A stretch of 62,471 nt of DNA, filler included, from Polymyxa betae A26-41 (taxonomy: Eukaryota; Protista; Endomyxa: Phytomyxea): the NCBI GenBank assembly GCA_003693705.1. It is 6 parts of 6 records of this genome, joined end to end, with 100 filler letters (N's around TTAATTAATTAA, not from the genome) between each part and the next. Parts side by side here need not be neighbours in the genome. Positions count along the whole stretch, not along the records: positions 37,556 to 47,826 come from RBZT01000291.1; positions 47,927 to 59,475 come from RBZT01000290.1; 4 more parts are not named here. The stretch is one strand, 5' to 3'. A program made the translations under genes and the position numbers. The notes below the pieces were generated by a model that ran no database searches, was not told the DNA's origin, and was given only the letters and a program-made list of their open reading frames with translations. Positions 39,099 through 50,830 of this stretch are shown piece after piece (positions within the stretch are counted from its first letter, which is position 1; every line of letters begins with the position of its first letter).

Positions 39099-39740
39099 CA
39101 ATGATGTTGGATTTCCAGTACAGAAATCCTACCTAAAAAATTCAGTCTATAAATCGGGAGCACATTGAATTACATAATACAAAAGAGTTTGATAATGTAA
39201 CATGGGACTCCTAAATAAAATATTTAAACTGGGATAAGTTCAGCATACAGCCAGTCTTACACTCAAGTCTAAAGCCTTTGATGAAGATTTTCCGCTTTCA
39301 CACTCAGCATTCATCTTCATGTAATTGCTTATTTCATTGCAATGCATAATGGTCTGATTTGGCTTTGATAAAACCATAAAAGAATCTTGAACTGGTCGAA
39401 TATCAATGTCAATCAACAGCTATATATTTACAGCTAAATAATCCGCTACATGAAACGATTACAGAGGGGCGAGCTTACCTCGGACTGCTCGTCAGCCAGA
39501 CTATTGATGGATTGCCCCATAATGGTGTCATCAGGATTGGTGGCGTCGTATGTGACCAGCATTAAAAGGAAGATGCAGGAACAAAACATTTCAGCAAATG
39601 CGACCAATTGGATGAAATATCACCAAAATGTTGACAAAGTCCGTTTGCAGAGCAGTCCAAAAATCTCATTTTGAAGGCCCTGTGTTTGTATATATGTTTA
39701 TCACAGCCCTTGTTTGTAACTTATTCAGTTTTCATAATGA
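39099..39740 (+). repeat. ~640-bp segment duplicated in inverted orientation at 46915-47555
   Basis: Colinear shared blocks, e.g. CCAATGATGTTGGATTTCCAGT, AAAAGAATCTTGAACTGGTCGAATATCAATGTCAATCAACAGCTAT, ATTGATGGATTGCCCCATAATGGTGT. Confidence 0.9.
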
Positions 39741-40142
39741 TATTGCTGCTACAGCTGGCGAGACTGTTTCATGTTACAAACTTTTCAGACTCCGAGGCAA
39801 GATTTGGCGAACGATGATCTTTGAAAAGATTTGACAGGTACCCATCCCTGTCACCATTCATAGTCAGCTCTGTCTGTCCACAATGATCTGTCAGCTATTG
39901 ATCGTCCAGTGCGAATAAAACCTCACTTTATAGACAATCTTCTGTAAATCATGCGAATCTGATTCTAGAGTTGCGCTTTGTCCATTATTCCAGAGACAAT
40001 CGAGATGTTTGTCTATTCAGTGGCTGTTTGCATCAGCTCTGTATTTATTCAATGACGAGACCACGAAAGCGTCAACAGCGTTGCCGAGAAACAGCAGGCT
40101 CCGGTTTGACGCTGCGATTCATCACCAAAGCTCGGACAATCC

Positions 40143-40776
40143 TTAAGACCTGCATTGCTCACCGAAGAAAGCACCCAATGAAAATTCACTAAAAGCGATG
40201 TATAGCATGACGACGAGATGCTCGATGCAAACCCGAGAACGGCCGGAAACGATCCTGTCAGAACACAGATTTATAATATAAATACAGAAGGAAATTCGGG
40301 ACGATGAGTGCGTTAAAAAATCAATGTTGATGTCGTCATTGGGTCCGAGGAACAGCGCCGGGTTTGCATTAGGACAGAGCCGGTCCGCATCACGCATTTC
40401 GAAAGTCATGACGCGTTTGGCGTCCGCGAGGCGGAAGCGATCGTTGGTCTTGGTGGCGATCTGCTGTTTACACTGAAGGTTGAGGAGGCGGTTGCGGGCG
40501 AACTGGCACCTGATGGCCCCGACGCGGTCCGGGCTGTCGGCCGTGGCCACCCCCGGATTGTAGATGAGGCCCTCGGCACTGCCCGACGTTCGCACGATCT
40601 TGTTGAGCTGCGCCACCGACAGCGACGGTTACAGATGCGCTTGGCCTCGTTGACGGTGTTGGCGGCATCGCCACCGATCCGGCTGATATCGATGGCCTCG
40701 TAGCCCTCCACGGCCAACGTCACCGACACCAATGCTAATCCAATCAACAATTTCAAAATTCTTATAAACGTAATGA
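40143..40776 (-). pseudogene. small secreted protein (candidate effector); frameshift and apparent lost ATG
   Basis: Signal peptide-like FIRILKLLIGLALVSVTLA. Frames join at ~40628 (KRICN|PSLSVAQLNK). Four Cys in the mature part. Confidence 0.55.
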
Positions 40777-41219
40777 CCAAGTCGGGGGTGGTGCTGGCCC
40801 AAATACCCCAAGACCCCATCGCCCCATATTCGAGAGCATCGCAAACACAGATGATCTGGAGCTTTGATCTGGATTTCCCACAGCGATTGCTGTGAAACCC
40901 TAACCCTAAGCGAGAATGATGATGATGATGGGATTGGATTGCACTAGTTGTTGGCACCTTTCATGAGAATGGGGCGGCACAATAACCCCAGGGCGGGGCC
41001 TCTACCGAGGTCCAGGTCCTCCTACTTTGATAATTTCGGTGATAAATCAGCTCAGGATTGATGATCGTATTTCCGCCCTTCGGAGGGTTTCGGGACTTTG
41101 ACAGTGATGGCAGGGACTTGTTGGCCCAACCCTTCAGGGAGTTGAACCCTACCAGCAGGGGATCGTCTATCGAGATCCCCTGCTGGTTTCTCAGCTTTTA
41201 ATATCAATGCAGATATATT

Positions 41220-41480
41220 TCACAGCCAATGTTCGCTGCTTTGCGCCAAGATGATGCTTATCGAATGGAATTCTGGCTCTAACACACTTGGAGGGTTAGA
41301 ATCCGATTTGGTGGTGTGAAGTTCGAAACGAGGATGGCAACAAAAAGTTGCAAGAAACGGGCTAAACCCAGTCGAAGAGTGAGAAGTATTATTGTTCACA
41401 GATGCCATCAGGACCAGATCTCGATATTTTGGTCGAGAAAATGCCGGATGTTCTTCCAACAGATATAGAGTGATTACAGT
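41220..41480 (-). mobile_element. Ty3/gypsy integrase C-terminal relic
   Basis: NNTSHSSTGFSPF motif. Confidence 0.6.
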
Positions 41481-41846
41481 GGTTCTGTTGTCTATTCTGG
41501 AAAGATGACAGTGTTCTGTAGGTTATTGTTGAAGATGGTGAAGAATAAATGAAGATATCCTGCCAAGACGTTTCAGATCGAATTCCGCAATATCTGGAGC
41601 CAGGATTTTATTGACATTCACACAATTGACGGCGATTTTCCACCAATCTGGACAGAAATTTGTAAAAACCCCGCCAACCATCTGTATTCCTGACCATCAC
41701 GTCGCTTCCGAAACATTCCATTTTTTTCTGTTGCCTCTGTGTGAATGCAGACACGAAACCGTTTCTTAAAGAACCGGATTATCATCAAGGTACCTGGTAA
41801 AGATCTCTCCGTACTAACAATGATGCATGGTTGAGGTAGGGCCAGC

Positions 41847-43497
41847 ATGGCGACCATGACCATGATACGGTCTCTGGTATCACTTCCTCTTCTGCTTGTC
41901 ACTATCTCCGCTGATATCATCATTCGTTCGTCGAACTCTACAGAGATTATAATCCCGGCGTATGCAGCATCTCAATTTCTGGGTATAACGCCGAGGAATC
42001 CGGGTCCAGATGCTCCCGATATCATACGCAGTGGTATTATCTATCGAATAGATGCAGATGCATGCGATCTCCGTATCCAGATTCCAGAAGATTTCTCGAA
42101 TCGTGTTATATTTGTTCCAAGACCACTAAACTGCCCTAATTTCGTTATATACGATAGATTTGCAGATAGAAATGCTTCCGCCATCATCTGTAAGTATGAC
42201 AATCTCTCCTCTTTTTTAAACTTTCTACTCTATTTTGTAAATATTTCAAGTGCTCTCGCCAATTCCTTCTTCTCCGAGCTTATAGCCTTATACCATTATT
42301 ACAACAACCAGTTTGCAAACATGTAGTTATGTTACCTGATACCAGACCCTGATCATGTTATGTTACAGTAATCGCACGTCAAGAACCAGGTGGTTACTAC
42401 CATATCGGAAGTATGTATGATGATCGTCCGGCTTCTACACGGCCCAATCATACAGCCATGGTCGAGACCGTCGCACGCCCCGACCTCGCCGATCTTCTCG
42501 ACGCCGGCGGCGGGGTCGTACTGGTCCGCGCCGATCTGTCCTATCTGATGCGAATCCATCGTCTATGGTGGTATCAGACCATGAATCGTATAGTCCCATC
42601 ATTGCTCTATCTATTGAACGCGATCGTCGCCATCCGCCTGCTCTATGGGCACGCCGTACTGGTCCCGCACGGTCGCCGTAGCTCCGTGACTCTGATCCAT
42701 ATGGCTCTGATGCTCGCTCTGGTCCGTAATCTGATTATGGGCCCTATTTCGCGGTGGGCGGGTACTTCTCGGACCCCGCGCTACCCTTCGAGATTCAGTT
42801 CGCATTCGTCTCCCAACTGCTAGGGTTTCAGAACGCCATTTCCATCATCACCGCCCGTTTTTGGCATCAGATTGTATGTAAATGTGATGCGTCAGCTCAA
42901 TCCGTGGTCTTCTCTGCATCTGCTGCCTATATATTCGCTGTTATCGCTGTCCTTCTCGATATCATATTCGCATTCATGTTCATTACATACATATACAATA
43001 TAGGCAGTATTGATGTGCTGAAGTCGGCATTGGTCGTGGCCTTCACTGTCACCTTCTCGGTCGTACTGTACTTCACGATCAGTGTGGTTCGGTTCCAGGT
43101 GCGATTCACCGGAACCGGTGTCTTCAACACCTCCTCGCAACAATTCCTGTATCAGTTACGTCTTCGGGTCGTACTGTTCATCGTCTCTTCGTTTCTGTAT
43201 CTGGGTGGAATGTTATCGTAAATGATCTTATTAATGCATTCCGTGTTTGATTTACGAAGCACGTTCGCATTAATGCTCATCAATATATCGGCACCGTTAA
43301 GGTCTTTATGCACGATTATGATTCTGAAGCCACGCCCGACGGCGACGGTTTCACCACATAATGGATCATTGTTTAGGAATAAGAGGCCCATGTCATTACA
43401 AATACCAAATAATGTCCAGCGAAATTTGGGGATCCCCAGGCAATTGTCGCCCAATAGACCCCGTCAGAGTGAAATAATATTTAACAGAATGCGCTGA
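41847..43497 (+). pseudogene. signal peptide + PA-like ectodomain + ~7 TM receptor-like gene, disrupted
   Basis: N-terminal hydrophobic leader; DAC...RVIFVPR..C......A...NASAII (PA-like); GT-AG intron ~42190-42368; about seven hydrophobic segments. Frameshift at ~42745 and in-frame TAA at 43219. Confidence 0.65.
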
Positions 43498-44207
43498 ACG
43501 ATCTCAACTGCAATCTGGGTTTCGCAACTTCTGGAAGGACCATTTTTTTATGGCTTTGATTTCTGTAACATTTCCGAGATGCTTAACAAAACGCGGACAC
43601 GTTAATCTCCAGCGGCACAACCCAGCGGCGAAGCCCTGCCAGTTTCGTTACGCCTGTGTTCTCGCAAACAATGTCAACTGGAGCTTCTATCATATGGTCG
43701 ATGTGAAGAGCGTTAGGCCCCATCACTCATCTTCCAGCTAGTCTCTTGTCTAGCGCGGCCTCCAGGCCCTTGCTTCACCAGCCACTTTTGATCACTTTCC
43801 AAGGAATGGAAATAAATCAGTCACAGTATTGAACGATTCATTATTCCTTCGAGGAGCTATATTCTCCAAGCTCACATTGCATTAAATAATTGGAAATATT
43901 TGACTCCTTTTCGTAAATCTTGGCTCTGAATCCGAACTGAATTCGAACCAGCGTTCTTCCATTTTCATAGAATTCGCGTTTTTTTCTCAGAGTTTCGCAT
44001 TTTTTGCGAAATGTTTTTTATGCGGTAAACGTTTTTCTGTCGACCGAGAGGAGGCTGCGCTTCTGTCGACGGAGACGCAACCTCCTTTCACTCACTCTGC
44101 TTATGTCTTCTACTTTCTTTTTTCTATCCTCTACGAATAGATTTCTGTCTGTAAGCCTCGTGCGTTTCTTTGTCGATGTGGAATCGATTGCGGAAACCTG
44201 CGCAAAC

Positions 44208-45230
44208 ATGGATTACACGAGCCAGAAGACCGTTCCTGTCAGCTGCCTGACCGGTGAGCAGTGGAGCAAGCTCGTCGAGAAGGCAAAAGAAGACGAGGGC
44301 CGTTTGGCCCAAGCCAATAAAGTCGATATGACTGAGGCTTGGAACAGTCAAGTTCATTTCATTCTGGTCAGAAATTCACTTGATTTTCTGACTGTGCAGG
44401 GACTTACGCTGAAGAGCATTGACAAAGCAATTTCTGGTCCAAAACAAACCATGTACCGAAGTTCCTTTATTTTAGTAAATTGCTTGATTTCATTGTCGCA
44501 ATAGATGTGGGATGGAGATCGGTTCATCGACGCGTACGGATGCAAGTAGATGTAAATGCACCCTCCAGTCTGGAGAAGGATGGCATGGTCAGTGTTATTC
44601 GAATGCTATCTGGAAGATATGTATTTTTTTAAGCTGATTACTGTTTTGCTTAGATTTCCCGCCTGTGAACTCCTAAGTGCCGGTGAAGGTCAAGTGCACG
44701 AATCACTAGGCTCTATGATTCGAGTGATGGACTATTGAGCTTTTCGTCGTCGTTTTCACCGACATCGGGCAAACTTGGCGAAAGGAGTTTCAAGCACGCA
44801 GGCGCGTCGCTCTGGTGGTCGATGAAGCCATGCCGATGGGCGCTATCACAGGTTCAACTTCGAGAAGCTGTTTTGTCTCAGGACTTTATCATCCAGGTAG
44901 AGAACTTCTTCTGTCTTTCACAGATACTCAGGCGTGCAACTGTATGGTAACTGTCTCACACCCATTCAGGCCGACATGGGCGAAGCCAGCGCGTCGCTGG
45001 TGTCATGCAATGGCAAACCCTGCTACAAGATATGGCTTCTCTGGCCGAAACCCTCTTCCCAGACCGACCTCGCTAAGCAGGGGCGCATGAACAAGATTGG
45101 CGACTTGGACATGTTCTTCGGTCGCTTCGAAGACATCCGATTAACGATGACACGACCTTGCCATGCACGTGTTCGAACTAGAGCTAGCGAATCCAAAGTT
45201 TCCAATCGATCCAGAATCATTTTTTATTAA
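44208..45230 (+). pseudogene. multi-exon hypothetical gene, decayed, possibly OB-fold repeats
   Basis: GC-rich exon-like blocks separated by ~50-nt GT-AG introns, with internal stops. Only weak resemblance to RPA1-N. Confidence 0.25.
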
Positions 45231-45419
45231 ACCGTCCAACCGGGTTTCGAATCCATCGAATTGGTTTCGATTTCATAAACGGGATCCCATTATCTTCATT
45301 TGGCCCAATACAGTTCGTCGTTTGTTGAGTGGCAGAGTGACTGAGACTTTTTTGACAGAGTTGATCATTCATTGATGACGTCATACTTTTCTATAGGCAG
45401 CAGCTTACTTTGACCTGTT

Positions 45420-46915
45420 CCATCAGTTTGCTGAATATTCCAGTTATTCCTATATAGTTCCGCTGCAGATATTACCACCACGTTCCGGGCACTTTTTTGT
45501 TGGAGTGTACCGATTTACCAGCTAACCTTGAAAGTCTGAACAAATGCATCTTCACCTCAGTAAAGCCGTCGCCAAACACAAAAAAGCAGTTACCCGATAT
45601 AACGACAAGGGCATTACTAACTGAACAGACGGTAGCCTCAGAGCAGACGATGAAACTGATTCTCTTCTCACAGGCCTGCTTACATAACGCGATGGAGAGT
45701 CTCTGCCGACCACGTTTACGATTCCGATTTTCTAACCGATAGGAATATCACTGTGACCAATTTGCTGGACGCCAAAATTAAACTGGAAAAAACAAAACAA
45801 ATTCTGAAGTAGAGCTCAGCGAAAGTTATTTAAGTTCCAGAAGCTACATCAAGCTACGAACTAGAAATAAACTCCCTGCAGTACAGGTATAGCCAACGTA
45901 TACAAGGTACTATACCGTCTATACGTCCGAAGAATCAACAGATATCCATAGATTTTCAGCTCCCTTGTCATGCCTACAGCACCTTGTCACTCTCTTTTTA
46001 GAAACAGCAATGCGTCAATCGACTCGTAAGGGATTGCGAAAGAAATCTTGCCAAAATGGCTCGCAACAATACCGTCGAGGTACACTCTGTCCTGAGTCGC
46101 ACCACTCAATCAATCCCGGGAAGTAATGTCATTGATGCATTAGCGTAAGCAGTTACAACCGAAGGAGTACTTACACAACACGACACATTACTCAGTACCT
46201 CCCGATTACACCTCCGAAATAAGCACGAATAACAGTGCAGCGCTACCTAGACACAAAAAATCGACCCGAGTCAGTTAACTGGATATCCGGTGCGCAATCG
46301 TTGCAATCGCGACCCATCCTCATTGAATTACTAATAAAAGACAGACCGCACATGAATCGAGCTCGTACTGGACATACACGATGCAAAGCACATCTGAAAA
46401 ATATTGGAATTGAATCCAATATCTCATGTCGCTTCTGTTCAACTGAGAGCGAAACGCTTGAACACCTATTAAATTAACCCCCAAGAAATAACAGAATCTA
46501 GGCAAATACCGTAGTCAATACATCCAGACCCTCAAACTTAATCTCAACGTCACATTATGGAAACATAACAAACTTATTGCAAAACTGGTACGAAAAGCTG
46601 TAAAAAAATGGCTGTGATGTCTAGCCGCGATGTCTGAGAAATCTGGGATACCAGCAGGGGATAACGACAGCCTCTTGAAGGTACAGGGATCAGCTCCCTG
46701 TACATAGGATTGGGCCAATAATAGGGGGCTGCCGTCACTGTCAATATCTCGAAGTCTTCTGCAGGGCTGAATTGCGATGACATTACATGGGCTGATTTAT
46801 CTCGCAAATATTTAAGAGAGCCTGGACGTGTGTTCAGGCCCCGCACTCGGGTAACTGTGCCGCCCACCCCACCGCAAAGTGCGAACAAATAGTACAATAC
46901 AGTCCAATACAATCC
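45420..46915 (+). mobile_element. LINE 3' relic with RNase H and C-terminal CCHC finger
   Basis: IPGSNVIDALA (RNase H end), RARTGH...CRFC...ETLEHLL, and a TACAA-like tail at ~46892-46915. Confidence 0.7.
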
Positions 46916-47555
46916 ATCTTTATGCAAACTAATTCAGTTACAAACAAGCGCTGCTATAACGATTCATGGAAGCACAGCAACACCAAAAAAATATTGCTGG
47001 AATGCTGTGCCCACGGACATTTTCAACACTTGCGTGACATTTCATCCAACTGGTCGTATTTGCTGAAATGTTTTCTTCCTGCATCTTCCTCTTGATACTG
47101 GTCACATGCGACGCCACCACCCCTGATAACACCATTATGGGGCAATCCATCAATAGTGTTGGTAACGAACAGTCTGAGGTAAGCTCGTCCCTCTGTATTT
47201 GTTACATGTAGCGGATTATTTAGCTGTAAATGTATAGCTGTTGATTGACATTGATATTCGACCAGTTCAAGATTCTTTTATGTTTTTATCAAAGCAAAAT
47301 CCGCCTATTATGCATGGCAATGAAATACGCAATTGCAAGAAGATGAATGCTGAGTTTGAAAGCGGAACCTCTTCATCAAAGAGTCATTTGAGTGTAAGAC
47401 TGTCTGCATGCTGGAGATATTTCAGTTTGATATTCGATATAGGAGTTCCATGATACATATTCGAATCCTACTGTATGATGTTATTCAATGCGCTGCCCAT
47501 TTATAGACTGAATTTTTTATGTAGAATTTTTGCACTGGAAATCCAACATCATTGG
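46915..47555 (-). repeat. inverted copy of 39099-39740
   Basis: See 39099-39740. Confidence 0.9.
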
Positions 47556-47926
47556 TTTATATTTACACGCCATTCCAGACCTCTACTCACTCTGAAAATC
47601 AGCAATTGGCAGAATATATTCCGGGATTAGATTCAACTTCGAATTTGTCACCGCTTCAGGAATACGACCCTGCTAGGCGTACGACTAGTCGTAGAGATAA
47701 CTGCGCGTACGACTAGTCGTACACGCACTATTTGTGCGACCCCCTGACTCCCTCTGTGTTTCCTATAGAGGGGTTCCCAAATCGTTTCATCGTCGACATG
47801 TTGGCGCGGCTCTCCAGTCTTCTGCGNNNNNNNNNNNNNNNNNNNNNNNNNNNNNNNNNNNNNNNNNNNNTTAATTAATTAANNNNNNNNNNNNNNNNNN
47901 NNNNNNNNNNNNNNNNNNNNNNNNNN

Positions 47927-49883
47927 ACGCCCCGCTACCAGCTGCAGCGTTCATCTCATCTTTTGATGAAAATCCTGCACCTCCAGTTTCTGATGACGCT
48001 GCTCTTCCTGATTCCGATGATGACTCATCATCGGAATCTCCTCGAACGAAGAAGCGAAAACGTGCATCAGCTGGAGGAAAACCCCCGCGCTCCACATCTA
48101 CTCCACGAAGTGCTGGACTTCTACTTGCACAATCCTTGGACCGACTAGTAGAGGCTCAAGCGAACAAGACCAACCCTGATCTCTCCCACATCTCGAAGGC
48201 GATTGATCTTCTAAACTCCAGCTACGGAGATGTCCTCGATCCTGAAGAGCTTGCCATCGGCTACGATGTGCTCTCTGCACCGAACAAAGCTTTTATCTTT
48301 GTTGGTATTGGCGCCGGTCCTGCCCGAGATGCTTGGATCCGTCGACAGATCAGGCTTATGGAAATTGTAGATAACTTGTTTTAGTAGAGAAGATTTCGGT
48401 GCCGTCAACTACTTGATTTCAATACATTTTCCTTGAGATTTTATTGATTTTGCTTGTAACCGATGTAGTCCTCCCACATCTCTTTGGCAATAGCATCTAT
48501 CATTCTTTTCACGTTTCCGTCTACTATTACGGATCTTACAGCACGTTCCTGTCGGCGAGCTCGACCAAATCGAATCATGCGCTGTGCACGCTCACGAGCA
48601 GCTCGGTTCCAAAAATAAACATCTTGTTCGCGAACCAGAATAAGGTTGTGGAGAATACACAGCGCGTATACCAGTTTAGCCTATCCATAATTACAATTAC
48701 ATATGTACAGCAGAACGCAGACCAATTCCAACATTACCTGAGCGTCAAATGGATATTCAGGAGCTGCTGTCAGAATCGGGAACCGCTTTTTCAAAACGCC
48801 AAATATTCTCTCGATCGCGTTCCTAAGGCTGGCGTGCCTCAGGTTGAACAATTCGTTGGCATTTTGAGGCTCTTGATTCCCTAACGCCCATTCACGTAGG
48901 TGGTATAGCACACCACGATAGGGCGTTAGGCAATTGTGATCCAAGCCATACCCAGCGTCGCCAAGGTAATATTTTCCTTGAGGATAAACAAATCCCTTGG
49001 ACAGCGGGTCGACAAGAACACCAGCATCCGAGCCGATCCTTCCCATCCAGCCAAGACATAAACAATTTTCAAATCGAATGAGCATGCAGCCAGAACATTC
49101 TGGCTGTATTACCCTTTACGATTCCGAAAAGGATGGGCACATCCCTTCTGGGGCTTTGCTGGAATATGTGTTCCGTCCAAGGCTCCAACGCAGTCTTTGA
49201 AATAAGGAAAGAACCGGGGATCATCCTGGATTTTATCTGGCACAATGCCAATGCCAGGAAGATGAATAGCATCTGGTCCCAATGCGACAATGGCATTGAG
49301 AACCTCGTAAAAGTACCTGAATTTCATTAAAAGACCATATTAATGAATTGCATAGATTTATTACTTATTTATTGTCCAGCCGCTTCGTTGAAAACGTTCT
49401 TGACAGTTTCGATTCGTGGCGTTCTGTCCAATAATGTACAGAAATATACAGAGTTTCTCATCAACAGAAACATATCGGCTGTCTTGGAGAAGCTCCTTGG
49501 TCAGCAATACTCCTCGGATTGAGAAATAGGTAGATTTCGTCATCCGAAGATTCTCTCGAAAACGTCGAGGGTTCCCTTTGATCAGTTCTTCGACCCACGC
49601 TTGCCCAGTCAAAGAGGACGTGCGACATGGCTCCTTCAATATGAAAGCGGCTGCATACCAGATAACAGCAGCTAAAGCTACGATAACAGATAAATCCATA
49701 AAAAAAATGCAGAAAATGGGATATTTATTTGCGCCACGTTTTGAAAACGGAGCCAAAACGGAGGCCAGACCTCCGTTCTCAAAACGGCCGTTTTGTCCCG
49801 TTTTCCGAAAACGGAGCTCCATTTGGTTACCAAACGTCAAAATTGCGCAAAACGGCCGTTTGGAAGTGTTACCAAACGCACTC
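47927..49883. mobile_element. PIF/Harbinger element: transposase (-, 48441-49699), convergent accessory ORF end (+, to 48384), one TIR
   Basis: VDEKLCIFLY, FQRSG.TI, CVGALDGTHIP, YYLGDAGYG, NLRHASLRNAIERIFGVLKKRFPIL. Terminus GAGTGCGTTTGGTAAC (minus strand) next to TTA at 49884-49886. Confidence 0.92.
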
Positions 49884-50830
49884 TTAATTCCCTTTTCCCT
49901 TTAACATTCTCTTTGAAGTCTCTTTCGTCTCTATCGTAGAGTCGACCAGTTAGCTCCGTTTCGGTCCCGGATTTCGTTCTCGTTGTGGCGTCCACGAAGA
50001 TCAGCAGACAGCGGCCGTGCTCGATCACGACGGCCACCAGCTGTGATCGAAACGCTGCACCTCGAGCGATTCCATCTGTTCCTGTCGTTGTCGATCTTCT
50101 GCCAGGCCTTTATCTGGGACCTGATCGGCAGCCACTGTCCATCAGCTGACGACGCCCGCATATGCTCAGTCCTGGCCGTTGCTAATTTTGTTTCGCTTTT
50201 GAAACTCGGAGTGAAATAGTCTTATTTCCGTGATTGTATTTTCTTTCTTGGGCGGATATTTCCTCTCTCGAAAACTGCTTTTTATCTGCTCTCTGGAACT
50301 CGTCGTCATTAACTACTACAATCGAATTGATCAGTTTTCACATGTTTAATCAAGTCGCTGCAGTAAGCACTATAACGTTTATTCTCTCAGAAGTTCTATA
50401 ATTGAGAACGCTTTGGAGTCAGTAGTTATATCATCGACTTATCTAAAGCAGACAATCAACCCAGCTATTCAGGAAGCCTTGACGTGGCGTAACATCCTTT
50501 GACGAGCTTTTACATGACAATTCCCGATCAAACATGATACGATTTCATCGCAAAATGGCAACCAGCCGAATAATTAGGAGGAAAAGCTCTAGCTCAATCA
50601 TGTTAATAAACCGTTTTACAAGCTAGACTAGAACACCAAATATTTTCGGATCTGTTCGGTTTGCTCGTCTAGGTAGTCTTCTCCATTGTACAAATCATAC
50701 TATTCATCGCAAGACTTTGAGCTCAGCAAATACATTTGAAGATCATCACCAACATAAATTCTGAGCATCTGATTACCATTGTCTGATTTTATCCTATGGA
50801 TGATGTTAAAAATGATTTTCAAGTGGTCTA

